A stretch of DNA of 61,498 bases, the filler included, from Deltaproteobacteria bacterium (lineage in GTDB: Bacteria; JACQOV01): assembly GCA_016202395.1 (NCBI GenBank). It is 4 parts of 4 records of this genome, joined end to end, with 100 filler letters (N's around TTAATTAATTAA, not from the genome) between each part and the next. Parts side by side here need not be neighbours in the genome. Positions count along the whole stretch, not along the records: positions 1 to 27,110 come from JACQOV010000068.1; positions 27,211 to 37,487 come from JACQOV010000069.1; 2 more parts are not named here. The stretch is one strand, 5' to 3'. Shown here in pieces: positions 21,980-29,809 of this stretch. The notes below the pieces were generated by a model. That model did not search any database, was not told the origin of the DNA, and saw only the letters and a program-made list of their open reading frames with translations. Made by a program: the position numbers and the translations under genes. Position 1 is the first letter of the stretch; every line of letters starts with the position of its first letter.

Positions 21980-24813
21980 AAAAAAGCCATCTAATTTTTC
22001 TTAGCATGTTCTTTGGAAGCGCCGCACTTGCTCAAGAGTCCGCGGATGAATTCAAAACCACGATCCAACAGCGATGGGTCATTAATCCTCACTACGTATC
22101 GGAAGGAAACTTATCGGAAGAAAACTTACATGACGCTATTCGACAAAAGATCCAGGATCTGCAAGCAATACAACAGCAAACCCCAAGTTATTGTCCGAGC
22201 GTCGCGGGTCTTTCCACCGATAATTTAGATATTCCAAGTGCTACTTCCGTTCTTACAACCTGCCTCTGCCCCGGAAAGAAGAAAGAGGATTTAGCAGAAT
22301 GTCTCAATCGCCAAATTTCTGTCTCTAAAAAAAGTGATGGATCACAAGAATTCAATCCCTCTTGGGTTCATCCGGCCTACGCTTTGAAAAAGGATTTTAC
22401 AGGAAAAGAGGATCCTAATAATCTCCAAATCGACACAAACTCTTCGACGAAGGAAACTTTTCTGGAACAGTTATTACAAAAAGGAGAAGGAGAACCGTAC
22501 CGCGTGTTAAACAGCTTAGGGGCCTTTCCCACGCAGGAAGCGACATCGGACCCTCTTTCTTTCTTTTTTATGGGGCATTGGACCGATTGTCAGTTGATTG
22601 ACGAATTCTCTCCCGCCCGTCTCACCGCCTATGACAACATCGTCTCTTCGTCCCATGAGCCGGGAGAAGACACCTTTGTTTATGCCTGTGCCACCCTCAT
22701 CGGGACCATGAATCGGTTTATGGAGGAGACGGGGCGAAGCTTCGACATGCTGGCCCACACGGGGGATTACATCGACACCGGAGAAGAGATTGAGCTCCGA
22801 TGGTCGCTCGCGGCTACCCATGGAGGAGAGATTGAACCTTGCACCGGGTTTTCTAAAAAAGAGGCTCAAGAAGGGAAATGCACACTGAACCGAGATGAAT
22901 GGATGGAGAAGAATCTCCAGAAATTCCAATGGACGAAAGGCTCCGATCAACCCTTTATGGCAGAAGGATTAAACCTAGAGGTTCCACACCTCTACATGTT
23001 TGGGAACCACGATGGGCTGGTGACCGGAAATTTTGCCAAAGACGATGAGCGAGATCCCATCCAAAACACCAACCACCTCCTCGCGCACCAGATCGGCTCT
23101 TTTGTTACATCACCCGAATCGTGCGAAGTTTCGGCTTACGGATACACCTACAGCGAGGCCATTAAGAGGGGAACCAACTTCATCGGTTTTAATCCCATCG
23201 ATCTCACTTTAAGCAACGTTTTAAAATTCTTTGGATCGCTCATTCAATGCGCTCGACAAACGGTTCCCGATTTCAATCTGGCGGATATTGAAATCCCAGA
23301 GTTCGAGGATAGAACCGACATCACTCCAGTCTTAGATGCGATTCAAGGGATGGTTGCGCTGGCCTCCACCGAATCCACACTCGATCGCATCATAGAAGCG
23401 CCTGGGGAAGAGATTGGAATGGAGAAGGTTTTTGTTGGGTACGATGATCGACGAAGCCTCTTGGGGGCAAAGTATGCTTCATCGATGGCCACCTACGATT
23501 TCGATCAACGAAAAGAGACAATAAAAATCATTTTTGAGGCAGGGGGAGAAAACAAAGGGGGTTTTAAGCACAGCCAAGTTTATAACACGGAAACGGGAGC
23601 AGTCGAGCTAGATGAAATAGGAAATCCCATGCATTGCAACGAAAGCATCGCCCAAGAGAAGGTCGCCAACCTCGCTTGTTCTGGATTTTATGCCTTCGAT
23701 TGTCTTGAAGACAGTCTTGTGAATACCGACTCGATCCCTTTACGCTGCATTGCCATCGACACCTTGGGAAATGGCTCCACGATTTCTGAAGGGGCCGCAA
23801 CTGAAATCATGCTGGATTTCCTGGTCGATGAGCTGGACAGGGCGAAAGCAGAGAAAAAACTGGTGTTGGGTTTTTCGCACCATGGACCGGAGAGTTTCTT
23901 TACCAATAATTTAGCCAAACCCCTGGGATTGACGAAAGCCGATTATCCGGAATCGGGCTGCTCCTCGGATGGATGCGCTTTGGTTCATCTGTTTCAACAG
24001 TACGATAATTTCATAGCATGGATTTACGGACATGGGCATAGGAATTTAATTACAGCGTGGCCCAATTCTGAGAAACCCGGGTTCGGCTTCTGGTCGATAC
24101 AAACAGCAGCCGCAGGAATTGCTTGGCCACAAGTCGCTCGAACTTTGGAATTTGTTGATCTGCGCAATGGTGTGGGGGCCATTGTGAACACCGTCATCGA
24201 ACATTATGAAAGCACAGAAAACCGGCCAAGTTATGAGGGAGGTCATCCCTCTTTTGACAATGAGGATCTCCAAAAAAGAGGGCTTCAGATGGCCTACCAT
24301 TCTCGATTGCTTGCAGCCTGGGATGCTTTGATGGGGGAGCATCTAGCTTTCGCCTATGGGAGAAAAAAGGACTCTGAAGGTAAAGAGGATAAAACAGAAG
24401 TACCCACCGTACAGATTTTGACGGTTACAGATTCGAGTCGAACACGGCTCTCTCAAGAAGGGGCTCGCGAGGACCGAAACGTTATCCTTCTATTCCAATT
24501 TCCTGAAGACATTGCTCAAGAATTTTCTCAAATCACAAACGCTAAGCCACTCACCTATCTTGAGTTAGATTTTGACGCTCAAAATAAGATCGATCAAGCT
24601 CTTGGGGAAGCGCCCACCCCTGCTCCTGGCGAACCCGCTGAAGGAAGCCCAACAGAACCTACGGGAGAATCTGAAGAGGAAGGCTGCGGCTGTCAGGTGA
24701 TTGGTGGGGCAACAAATCGGTCTGGAATGGGATCTCTACTCATATCCATGCTCTTATTCTTCACGCCATGGGTTCTATTCCGATTCTCACGAAGAACTCT
24801 GTTGAGAAAATAA
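21976..24813 (+). CDS. secreted calcineurin-like metallophosphoesterase (TIGR03767/03768-like) with a MYXO-CTERM-like C-terminal anchor
   Basis: Signal peptide; TDCQLIDEFSPARL, HTGD, GNHD, SHH, GHGH motifs; Pro/Glu linker then GCGC + TM helix + RR. Confidence 0.75.
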   Translation: MKKSHLIFLSMFFGSAALAQESADEFKTTIQQRWVINPHYVSEGNLSEENLHDAIRQKIQDLQAIQQQTPSYCPSVAGLSTDNLDIPSATSVLTTCLCPGKKKEDLAECLNRQISVSKKSDGSQEFNPSWVHPAYALKKDFTGKEDPNNLQIDTNSSTKETFLEQLLQKGEGEPYRVLNSLGAFPTQEATSDPLSFFFMGHWTDCQLIDEFSPARLTAYDNIVSSSHEPGEDTFVYACATLIGTMNRFMEETGRSFDMLAHTGDYIDTGEEIELRWSLAATHGGEIEPCTGFSKKEAQEGKCTLNRDEWMEKNLQKFQWTKGSDQPFMAEGLNLEVPHLYMFGNHDGLVTGNFAKDDERDPIQNTNHLLAHQIGSFVTSPESCEVSAYGYTYSEAIKRGTNFIGFNPIDLTLSNVLKFFGSLIQCARQTVPDFNLADIEIPEFEDRTDITPVLDAIQGMVALASTESTLDRIIEAPGEEIGMEKVFVGYDDRRSLLGAKYASSMATYDFDQRKETIKIIFEAGGENKGGFKHSQVYNTETGAVELDEIGNPMHCNESIAQEKVANLACSGFYAFDCLEDSLVNTDSIPLRCIAIDTLGNGSTISEGAATEIMLDFLVDELDRAKAEKKLVLGFSHHGPESFFTNNLAKPLGLTKADYPESGCSSDGCALVHLFQQYDNFIAWIYGHGHRNLITAWPNSEKPGFGFWSIQTAAAGIAWPQVARTLEFVDLRNGVGAIVNTVIEHYESTENRPSYEGGHPSFDNEDLQKRGLQMAYHSRLLAAWDALMGEHLAFAYGRKKDSEGKEDKTEVPTVQILTVTDSSRTRLSQEGAREDRNVILLFQFPEDIAQEFSQITNAKPLTYLELDFDAQNKIDQALGEAPTPAPGEPAEGSPTEPTGESEEEGCGCQVIGGATNRSGMGSLLISMLLFFTPWVLFRFSRRTLLRK

Positions 24814-25925
24814 TGCGACTCACAGCTGTACTGATTATTTTTATGACCTCTTCTGTATCGGCACAGGTGCTTTATAGTTACACCGATCACCTGGGTTCAA
24901 CCGTTCTGCAAACCGAGAGTTCAGGCAATGTGCGCGGCCTTTTCCAATACACCCCGTTTGGCGAGACTTTATACGAACAACACTCCACACTCAACGATTC
25001 ACGCTTCACATACACCGGCCAAGAGCTTGACCGCGAATCCGACCTCTATGATTACGGCGCCCGATATTATGATCCTATTTTAGCCAGATTCACCTCGGTT
25101 GACCCGGGATGGGACAGCTTAAATCGATACGAATACGCTCGCAATAATCCGATCCTCTACACCGACCCTAATGGAGAGAATCCCCTCCACTTTCTTTTAA
25201 AATCACCCGACATCTTGCTCGCCTCCGGGTTCGCCCTCTATGATTCCTACCAATCTGAAAAAGCCATGCAAGAAGGAGATTTGGGCAAGGCACTCTACCA
25301 CTCGATCTGGGCGGGGCTCGACCTCTGGACGGCTGCCGACTTCAAGGAACCTCCGCTGCTCGGCGCAGTGGCCACCATCGGCACAAGAGCCACGGGAGAA
25401 ATGGCCATCCGAGCCCTCGTTGAAAGCCCCACAGGGCGGGAGTGGATCACCCGGATCTATGGAGCCCGTGCCGTTGGAGAACTGGCCGACTACCTCACCT
25501 CGCTCAATAAAGATGCTGCATCAGAAGACCCGACTTCCCCTTCTCCATCGGAACAACCTTTTAATCTCGAAGATAGAGCCAACCATGGAAAACCCGTTAC
25601 CGAAGTGCTTCCTCCTGAAATATTTCCTGAGAACATGTTACCAACGAACGGAGCGCTGCACGCCGATTATGTCAAAATCTTTGTCAACGCAATGAGAAGA
25701 GGAAACTTTAGCTGGGGCAGCAATCCTGTGACCCTCATCCGGACAGGGGAAGGTCGCTGGGTCATCGATGGGGGAGAAGAAGTCGTGGTCGCGTCTCGTA
25801 TAGCAAAGGTAGAAATTCCTACGGAACATGTTAGGGAATATTATAGTGCTCCCGAATTTCTTGGAGACCCTCCCATGGGAAGAGCCTGGTCCGAGGTGAC
25901 TTGGCACAATCCTCCTCCAGAATAA
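24813..25925 (+). CDS. signal peptide + isolated Rhs-associated core + ParB-like cargo (mini-Rhs 1)
   Basis: Start ATG 24813 overlaps the upstream stop (TAATG). MRLTAVLIIFMTSSVSA signal; YTDHLGS, YTPFGE, YTGQELD, YGARYYDP, RFTSVDP, NNPILYTDPNG. Confidence 0.85.
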   Translation: MRLTAVLIIFMTSSVSAQVLYSYTDHLGSTVLQTESSGNVRGLFQYTPFGETLYEQHSTLNDSRFTYTGQELDRESDLYDYGARYYDPILARFTSVDPGWDSLNRYEYARNNPILYTDPNGENPLHFLLKSPDILLASGFALYDSYQSEKAMQEGDLGKALYHSIWAGLDLWTAADFKEPPLLGAVATIGTRATGEMAIRALVESPTGREWITRIYGARAVGELADYLTSLNKDAASEDPTSPSPSEQPFNLEDRANHGKPVTEVLPPEIFPENMLPTNGALHADYVKIFVNAMRRGNFSWGSNPVTLIRTGEGRWVIDGGEEVVVASRIAKVEIPTEHVREYYSAPEFLGDPPMGRAWSEVTWHNPPPE

Positions 25926-25959
25926 AGCGATGGTATAGTTCTGGGGACATAATGAAGTG

Positions 25960-26027
25960 GGGGTCAGTTTTTAACTATTTAAGTAATTGGTGGGGATAGC
26001 ATAACTTAAAAACTTAAAGCTGACCCC
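25960..26027. repeat. GGGGTCAG...CTGACCCC palindromic REP-like element
   Basis: Terminal inverted repeat. The internal ACTTAAAAACTTAAA-N-CTGACCCC is shared with 61468-61491. Lies between convergent genes. Confidence 0.65.
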
Positions 26028-26059
26028 AAATTTTGGTTCAAACGGGATCCTTTTAGGTA

Positions 26060-26461
26060 TTATAGCCAATTTTCGATCCTCAAACGGGCGATTCGCGAAA
26101 AATGGCGAACATTCCCCGTAACAAGCGTCAGTTGTTTCGATATGGCAATCGAAGCGATTCGAAGATCAGGTTCGGCGAGAGGAATGCCGCCACGCTCCAG
26201 CTGATCTCGGAGGAGACCATAGGTATGAGCGGCCTTTTCATCAAAGGAAAGGATTTGAACGTTGGGCCAAACCTGTTGATCGAGCTTTCCAAGAAAGTAA
26301 TCGGGACGTGTGCTTCGATAGGCGCCATAAACCAGCTCCCCAACAGTGATAGCTGATATAAATTGTTGATCTGGAGAAATAGAAGCTAATTTCTTTATCA
26401 ATTCCGACGAAGGGCGCTTCTTCAAAAGATTGCTAACGATATCGGTATCAAAAAGATACAT
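26060..26461 (-). CDS. vapC: VapC-family PIN-domain toxin
   Basis: YLFDTDIVS, ISAITVGEL, DLRIASIA, LVTGNVRHFSRI. Confidence 0.9.
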   Translation of the reverse strand: MYLFDTDIVSNLLKKRPSSELIKKLASISPDQQFISAITVGELVYGAYRSTRPDYFLGKLDQQVWPNVQILSFDEKAAHTYGLLRDQLERGGIPLAEPDLRIASIAISKQLTLVTGNVRHFSRIARLRIENWL

Positions 26462-26754
26462 TATGAGAGTTTCTTAATTTTGCGATCCTTGGCTCTTTGC
26501 CGAGATTCGTAGAGACGGCTCACCCATTGTTCCAAATGAGGATAGTCCTCCCAAGCTCCAATCATGGCCAAGAGTCCACTTTTTTCAGACCCCTCGGACG
26601 CAGCCTCCAGCTTTTGCAGGTCTTTGAGAGGAACTAAAGCAACCATTCCTTTTCCTCTCCTTTCAACAATAAACTTTTCCCCTCTCAAAGTCACTCTTCC
26701 CATGAGCTCTGAAAAGTCCCGTTTTGCTTCCGCAACACTTACCCTTTTAACCAT
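26461..26754 (-). CDS. Phd/YefM-family antitoxin
   Basis: VSVAEAKRDFSELM.RV...GEKFIVERRGK..VALVP; start ATG 26754 with AAGGAGG RBS; coupled to vapC. Confidence 0.88.
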   Translation of the reverse strand: MVKRVSVAEAKRDFSELMGRVTLRGEKFIVERRGKGMVALVPLKDLQKLEAASEGSEKSGLLAMIGAWEDYPHLEQWVSRLYESRQRAKDRKIKKLS

Positions 26755-26774
26755 AGGAGAAACCTCCTTCTCTC

Positions 26775-26815
26775 TGTCATAAAGACATAATGACATAACA
26801 AGACTTCTTTGTCAA
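26775..26815 (-). promoter_or_regulatory. sigma70 promoter with an overlapping palindromic operator for the phd-vapC operon
   Basis: Minus strand TTGACA (26815-26810)-N17-CATTAT with extended TG; TGTCAT-N9-ATGACA inverted repeat at 26775-26795 overlaps the -10. Confidence 0.6.
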
Positions 26816-26913
26816 CCTCTTCAGCTCACGTCCCATCGATGTACTACTCGAAACTGTTGCCAAGTGTTTCGCAATTCGATACGATTATCGACCTGTTAGT
26901 AAAGAAGGGGAAA

Positions 26914-27110
26914 ATGGAAAGAGGGACATTGAAATATCTTTGGCTCGGATTCGCTTTGATCTTCGCACCTGCTCAAGCTGAGGTGTTCTACAGTTATACA
27001 GATCACCTTGGATCGGGTGGCCTCCGAACCGATCCCACAGGCGAAGTCCAACAGATCACCCAATACCTCCCGTTTGGCGAGACTTTATACGAACAACACT
27101 CCACACTCAA
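26914..27110 (+). CDS. signal peptide + Rhs core (mini-Rhs 2), truncated by contig end
   Basis: MERGTLKYLWLGFALIFAPAQA signal then EVFYSYTDHLGS...YLPFGETLY; the last 42 bp are identical to 24953-24994. Confidence 0.75.
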
Positions 27111-27210
27111 NNNNNNNNNNNNNNNNNNNNNNNNNNNNNNNNNNNNNNNNNNNNTTAATTAATTAANNNNNNNNNNNNNNNNNNNNNNNNNNNNNNNNNN
27201 NNNNNNNNNN
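27111..27210. other. artificial contig linker
   Basis: 44 N + TTAATTAATTAA (stops in all six frames) + 44 N; the identical construct occurs three times. Confidence 0.97.
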
Positions 27211-27399
27211 ATGACATAGGTGAGGCTCATCATAGCCCCACTATACCTCCCTCTACCCCATCTTCCCATCAATACTCCCACTGTTACCGATGTATCTCAA
27301 CCTCTTCAGCCGATTGACGTTGACAGTGAAGATGTATTTCTTTACATCCGTAGCCGATTCTGTTAAGCATGGAAGTCTCGATTTGGGTAAGGGGGGACT

Positions 27400-28572
27400 G
27401 TGGGTTCTCGAAGGAAATTCCTATCTTTTTCCTTGATTTTAGTCATCGTGCCTCTGGCGGCTTCCGCCGGCCAGACAATTTATTATCATCCGGATCTTCT
27501 TGGCTCTTCCTCTGCGATCAGCGATCGATCTGGAGAACTCCTCCAGCACGAGGAGTACACCCCCTATGGGGAACCGATCGTCTCGAAAGTTCGGGCGGGT
27601 TCTATCACTGCATCCTATCTTTATACGAATCAAGAGCTCGATCGAGGCTCAGATTTATATTATTTCGGCGCTAGGAGCTATGACCCCGCAACGGCTCGAT
27701 TCCTAAGTCGAGACCCCGTTCAAGAAGGTCTCCCTTATTCCTATGCGAACAGCAATCCTGTGATCTATGTTGATCCCGACGGAAATACTCCCGCCCTCTT
27801 CTGGATGGTGGTTATGTCAGGATTGACGTTTGTAGGCTTCGACTCCATGATGGTGGTGTTAGCTAACGACCCTAAAGGGATTCTTTATGCCGGCAAGCCG
27901 CATTCTTATACCCCGGAAGACATGCTCAAGAGTTTCAGAATGGGGTTTTTATTAGGGCTTGGAAATCCGACGAGTTGGGGCGTCAGCTCTGAAATGGCCG
28001 GGACCGTAGGATACCTTTATGCGGTTGAGATTTTTGCTGCGGCGGATGTAGGTGAGGGGGTGCCTGTGAATCGTGCATTGCAAGAAAACGCATTGTTTCC
28101 GATTCGTGCCATGGAGTCAACCCCTTTAATCGGCGCCGCATTGATCGATTATATGGGGCGGCACTATCTAGGGAATCTTCTCACTGCGCTCGGCTTTAAA
28201 TCCTACGACCAGCCCTCTCCTTCAATCGATCAGCTTATTATTGCAGATCATCTTGCCTCTTGGAGGAATCCTTTCTTTTCTTCTTTAGGATCTCCGGCGC
28301 GTCGCCGGCTGTGGGGACGTTTTCAAGCGCTGGGTCGAGATAAAGAATTTCTTTTAGAGTTGTTCGAGGGGCTGAGTGAGTTCTTAGATGAAAATTCTGT
28401 CATTGAAAATTATGATGCAGGTTTTTCTGTTACCGCGGAAGAACTGGATGCGCTACGTTCTTGGGAAGAGGTCTCAAGAGGGTTATTCAGAATTCGTGGG
28501 GAGATGGAACAAGTGGTGATTCCTTTAACTCGACAGGAAAGGCGAGGGACGATATGGCAAGTTTCAGAATAG
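27400..28572 (+). CDS. signal peptide + isolated Rhs core + hydrophobic helical cargo (mini-Rhs 3)
   Basis: GTG start with AAGGGGGGA RBS; RRKFLSFSLILVIVPLAASA signal; YYHPDLLGS, YTPYGE, YTNQELD, FGARSYDP, RFLSRDP, SNPVIYVDPDG. Confidence 0.85.
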   Translation: MGSRRKFLSFSLILVIVPLAASAGQTIYYHPDLLGSSSAISDRSGELLQHEEYTPYGEPIVSKVRAGSITASYLYTNQELDRGSDLYYFGARSYDPATARFLSRDPVQEGLPYSYANSNPVIYVDPDGNTPALFWMVVMSGLTFVGFDSMMVVLANDPKGILYAGKPHSYTPEDMLKSFRMGFLLGLGNPTSWGVSSEMAGTVGYLYAVEIFAAADVGEGVPVNRALQENALFPIRAMESTPLIGAALIDYMGRHYLGNLLTALGFKSYDQPSPSIDQLIIADHLASWRNPFFSSLGSPARRRLWGRFQALGRDKEFLLELFEGLSEFLDENSVIENYDAGFSVTAEELDALRSWEEVSRGLFRIRGEMEQVVIPLTRQERRGTIWQVSE

Positions 28573-29711
28573 CTGTGCCCTTTCAGAAGTCATTCGTTTT
28601 GCTTTGGGCCATTTCCTTTAGGATGGGAATGGTGATGGCCGAAGGCGCCATCTTCTATCACGAGGATCATTTGGGGAGCGAGGTGGTGCGGACTGATTCT
28701 GGAGGGAAGGTTCGAGAGCTTTTGGCATATACCCCCTATGGGGAAGTCATAATACCCTCTCCCCAAGGGGGAGAGGGACAGGGTGAGGGGGATTCATACC
28801 TCTACACGGGCCAGGAGTTGGACCGGGACACGGAGCTCTATTCCTATGGGGCTCGGTGTTACGATCCGGCTTTGAGCCGATTTTTAAGCATCGATCCTAT
28901 CGAAGAGAATCCCCCGTATTCGTACACCTACAATAATCCGATGGTATGGACCGATCCGGATGGCCAGGCTCCGGCTCCGGTGGTGAGGACTAAAAGCCGG
29001 CGGCAGCTCACGGCCGGAGAGCTTGCCATCATGGAAGAGGTATACAAGGCGGTGAAGGAAGAGTTGCAAGGAAGGACCAATGATATGGAGGTTGTTCGGC
29101 GGCTTAAGAACCAAGGGATCGATGTCACCAATGTAACAGTTAGGAACTATGCCCAAACGGGGTTTCAACTGAGGCATGGTGTTGGAGGGCGGAATCTAAA
29201 AGCGAGTGCTGAAGAGGTTGTCGCTGCGGCTTTTAAGCATGAAGGAAATTTAAAAGCAGCTAGCGAAGAGCTGCTAATAGCTAGCGCTTCACCGGTTCTT
29301 ATGCGTCTTCAGAGGCTGATGGTAGCAGATCATGTGGAGATAATTGAAGGATATGGTGTTACAGTGGGAGTAGAGGATTTTGGAAAGAATGTTTGGGAGT
29401 TCTTGCGGGAAAGATATCCTTCTCCTGAAGGAGCTGGGATTCATAAAGATCTAACATGGGCGGGTGTTAAAGGAGCTTTAAAGAAAAACTCTGGGATAAT
29501 TCTTCCTGCTGCTGATGGGTTAGGAGTTGCACGTAAGACTGTAAAAATGTGGATAGAACGGTATTACCGTCTTGAGGGGATTCCCGGTTTAACTTCAAGA
29601 GAGCGTCTTGCTCTCTATCGCAGGGATGTAGGGGATCCTCGGAGAAGCGCCTGGTCCGGCCCTAATAAAGCTTTTTATGACGAGATGAACCGCCCTGTAA
29701 AAGAGCCATGA
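28554..29711 (+). CDS. signal peptide + isolated Rhs core + multi-HTH cargo (mini-Rhs 4)
   Basis: ATG 28554 with GAGGGA RBS, overlapping the previous gene; signal-like N-terminus ending VMA; HEDHLGS, YTGQELD, RFLSIDP, NNPMVWTDPDG. Confidence 0.85.
   Translation: MASFRIAVPFQKSFVLLWAISFRMGMVMAEGAIFYHEDHLGSEVVRTDSGGKVRELLAYTPYGEVIIPSPQGGEGQGEGDSYLYTGQELDRDTELYSYGARCYDPALSRFLSIDPIEENPPYSYTYNNPMVWTDPDGQAPAPVVRTKSRRQLTAGELAIMEEVYKAVKEELQGRTNDMEVVRRLKNQGIDVTNVTVRNYAQTGFQLRHGVGGRNLKASAEEVVAAAFKHEGNLKAASEELLIASASPVLMRLQRLMVADHVEIIEGYGVTVGVEDFGKNVWEFLRERYPSPEGAGIHKDLTWAGVKGALKKNSGIILPAADGLGVARKTVKMWIERYYRLEGIPGLTSRERLALYRRDVGDPRRSAWSGPNKAFYDEMNRPVKEP
28755..28791. repeat. in-frame CCCTCTCCC...GGGAGAGGG...GGGTGAGGGG palindromic element in the Rhs core
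   Basis: Hairpin CCCTCTCCCC-AAG-GGGGAGAGGG plus GGGTGAGGGGG tail; encodes PSPQGGEGQGEG. Confidence 0.7.
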
Positions 29712-29716
29712 GGTGT

Positions 29717-29808
29717 TGATTCTGCTGAAAAACCCCAGTTTGTCATCGCGAGCCCCCCGCCTCTGGCGGGGGTCGCAATGACAAAAAAGGGATTTTTCAG
29801 CAGAATCA
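29717..29808. repeat. nested palindromic MITE-like element
   Basis: Perfect 16-bp TIR TGATTCTGCTGAAAAA/TTTTTCAGCAGAATCA enclosing TTTGTCATCGCGA...TCGCAATGACAAA and CCCCCGCC-TCT-GGCGGGGG. Confidence 0.75.
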
Positions 29809-29809
29809 G

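Noticed and set aside
27155..27166. TTAATTAATTAA palindrome, also in the other two gaps, as a biological site
   Set aside because: It is centred in identical 100-bp N spacers and is a six-frame stop linker added during concatenation.
27111..27210. Mini-Rhs 1/2 and 3/4/5 as one continuous island
   Set aside because: They are separated by an artificial linker, so real adjacency is unknown. They are treated as one family at two loci.
27211..27399. Possible gene remnant at the start of contig 2
   Set aside because: The plus-strand frames are short or interrupted and no motif was recognisable.
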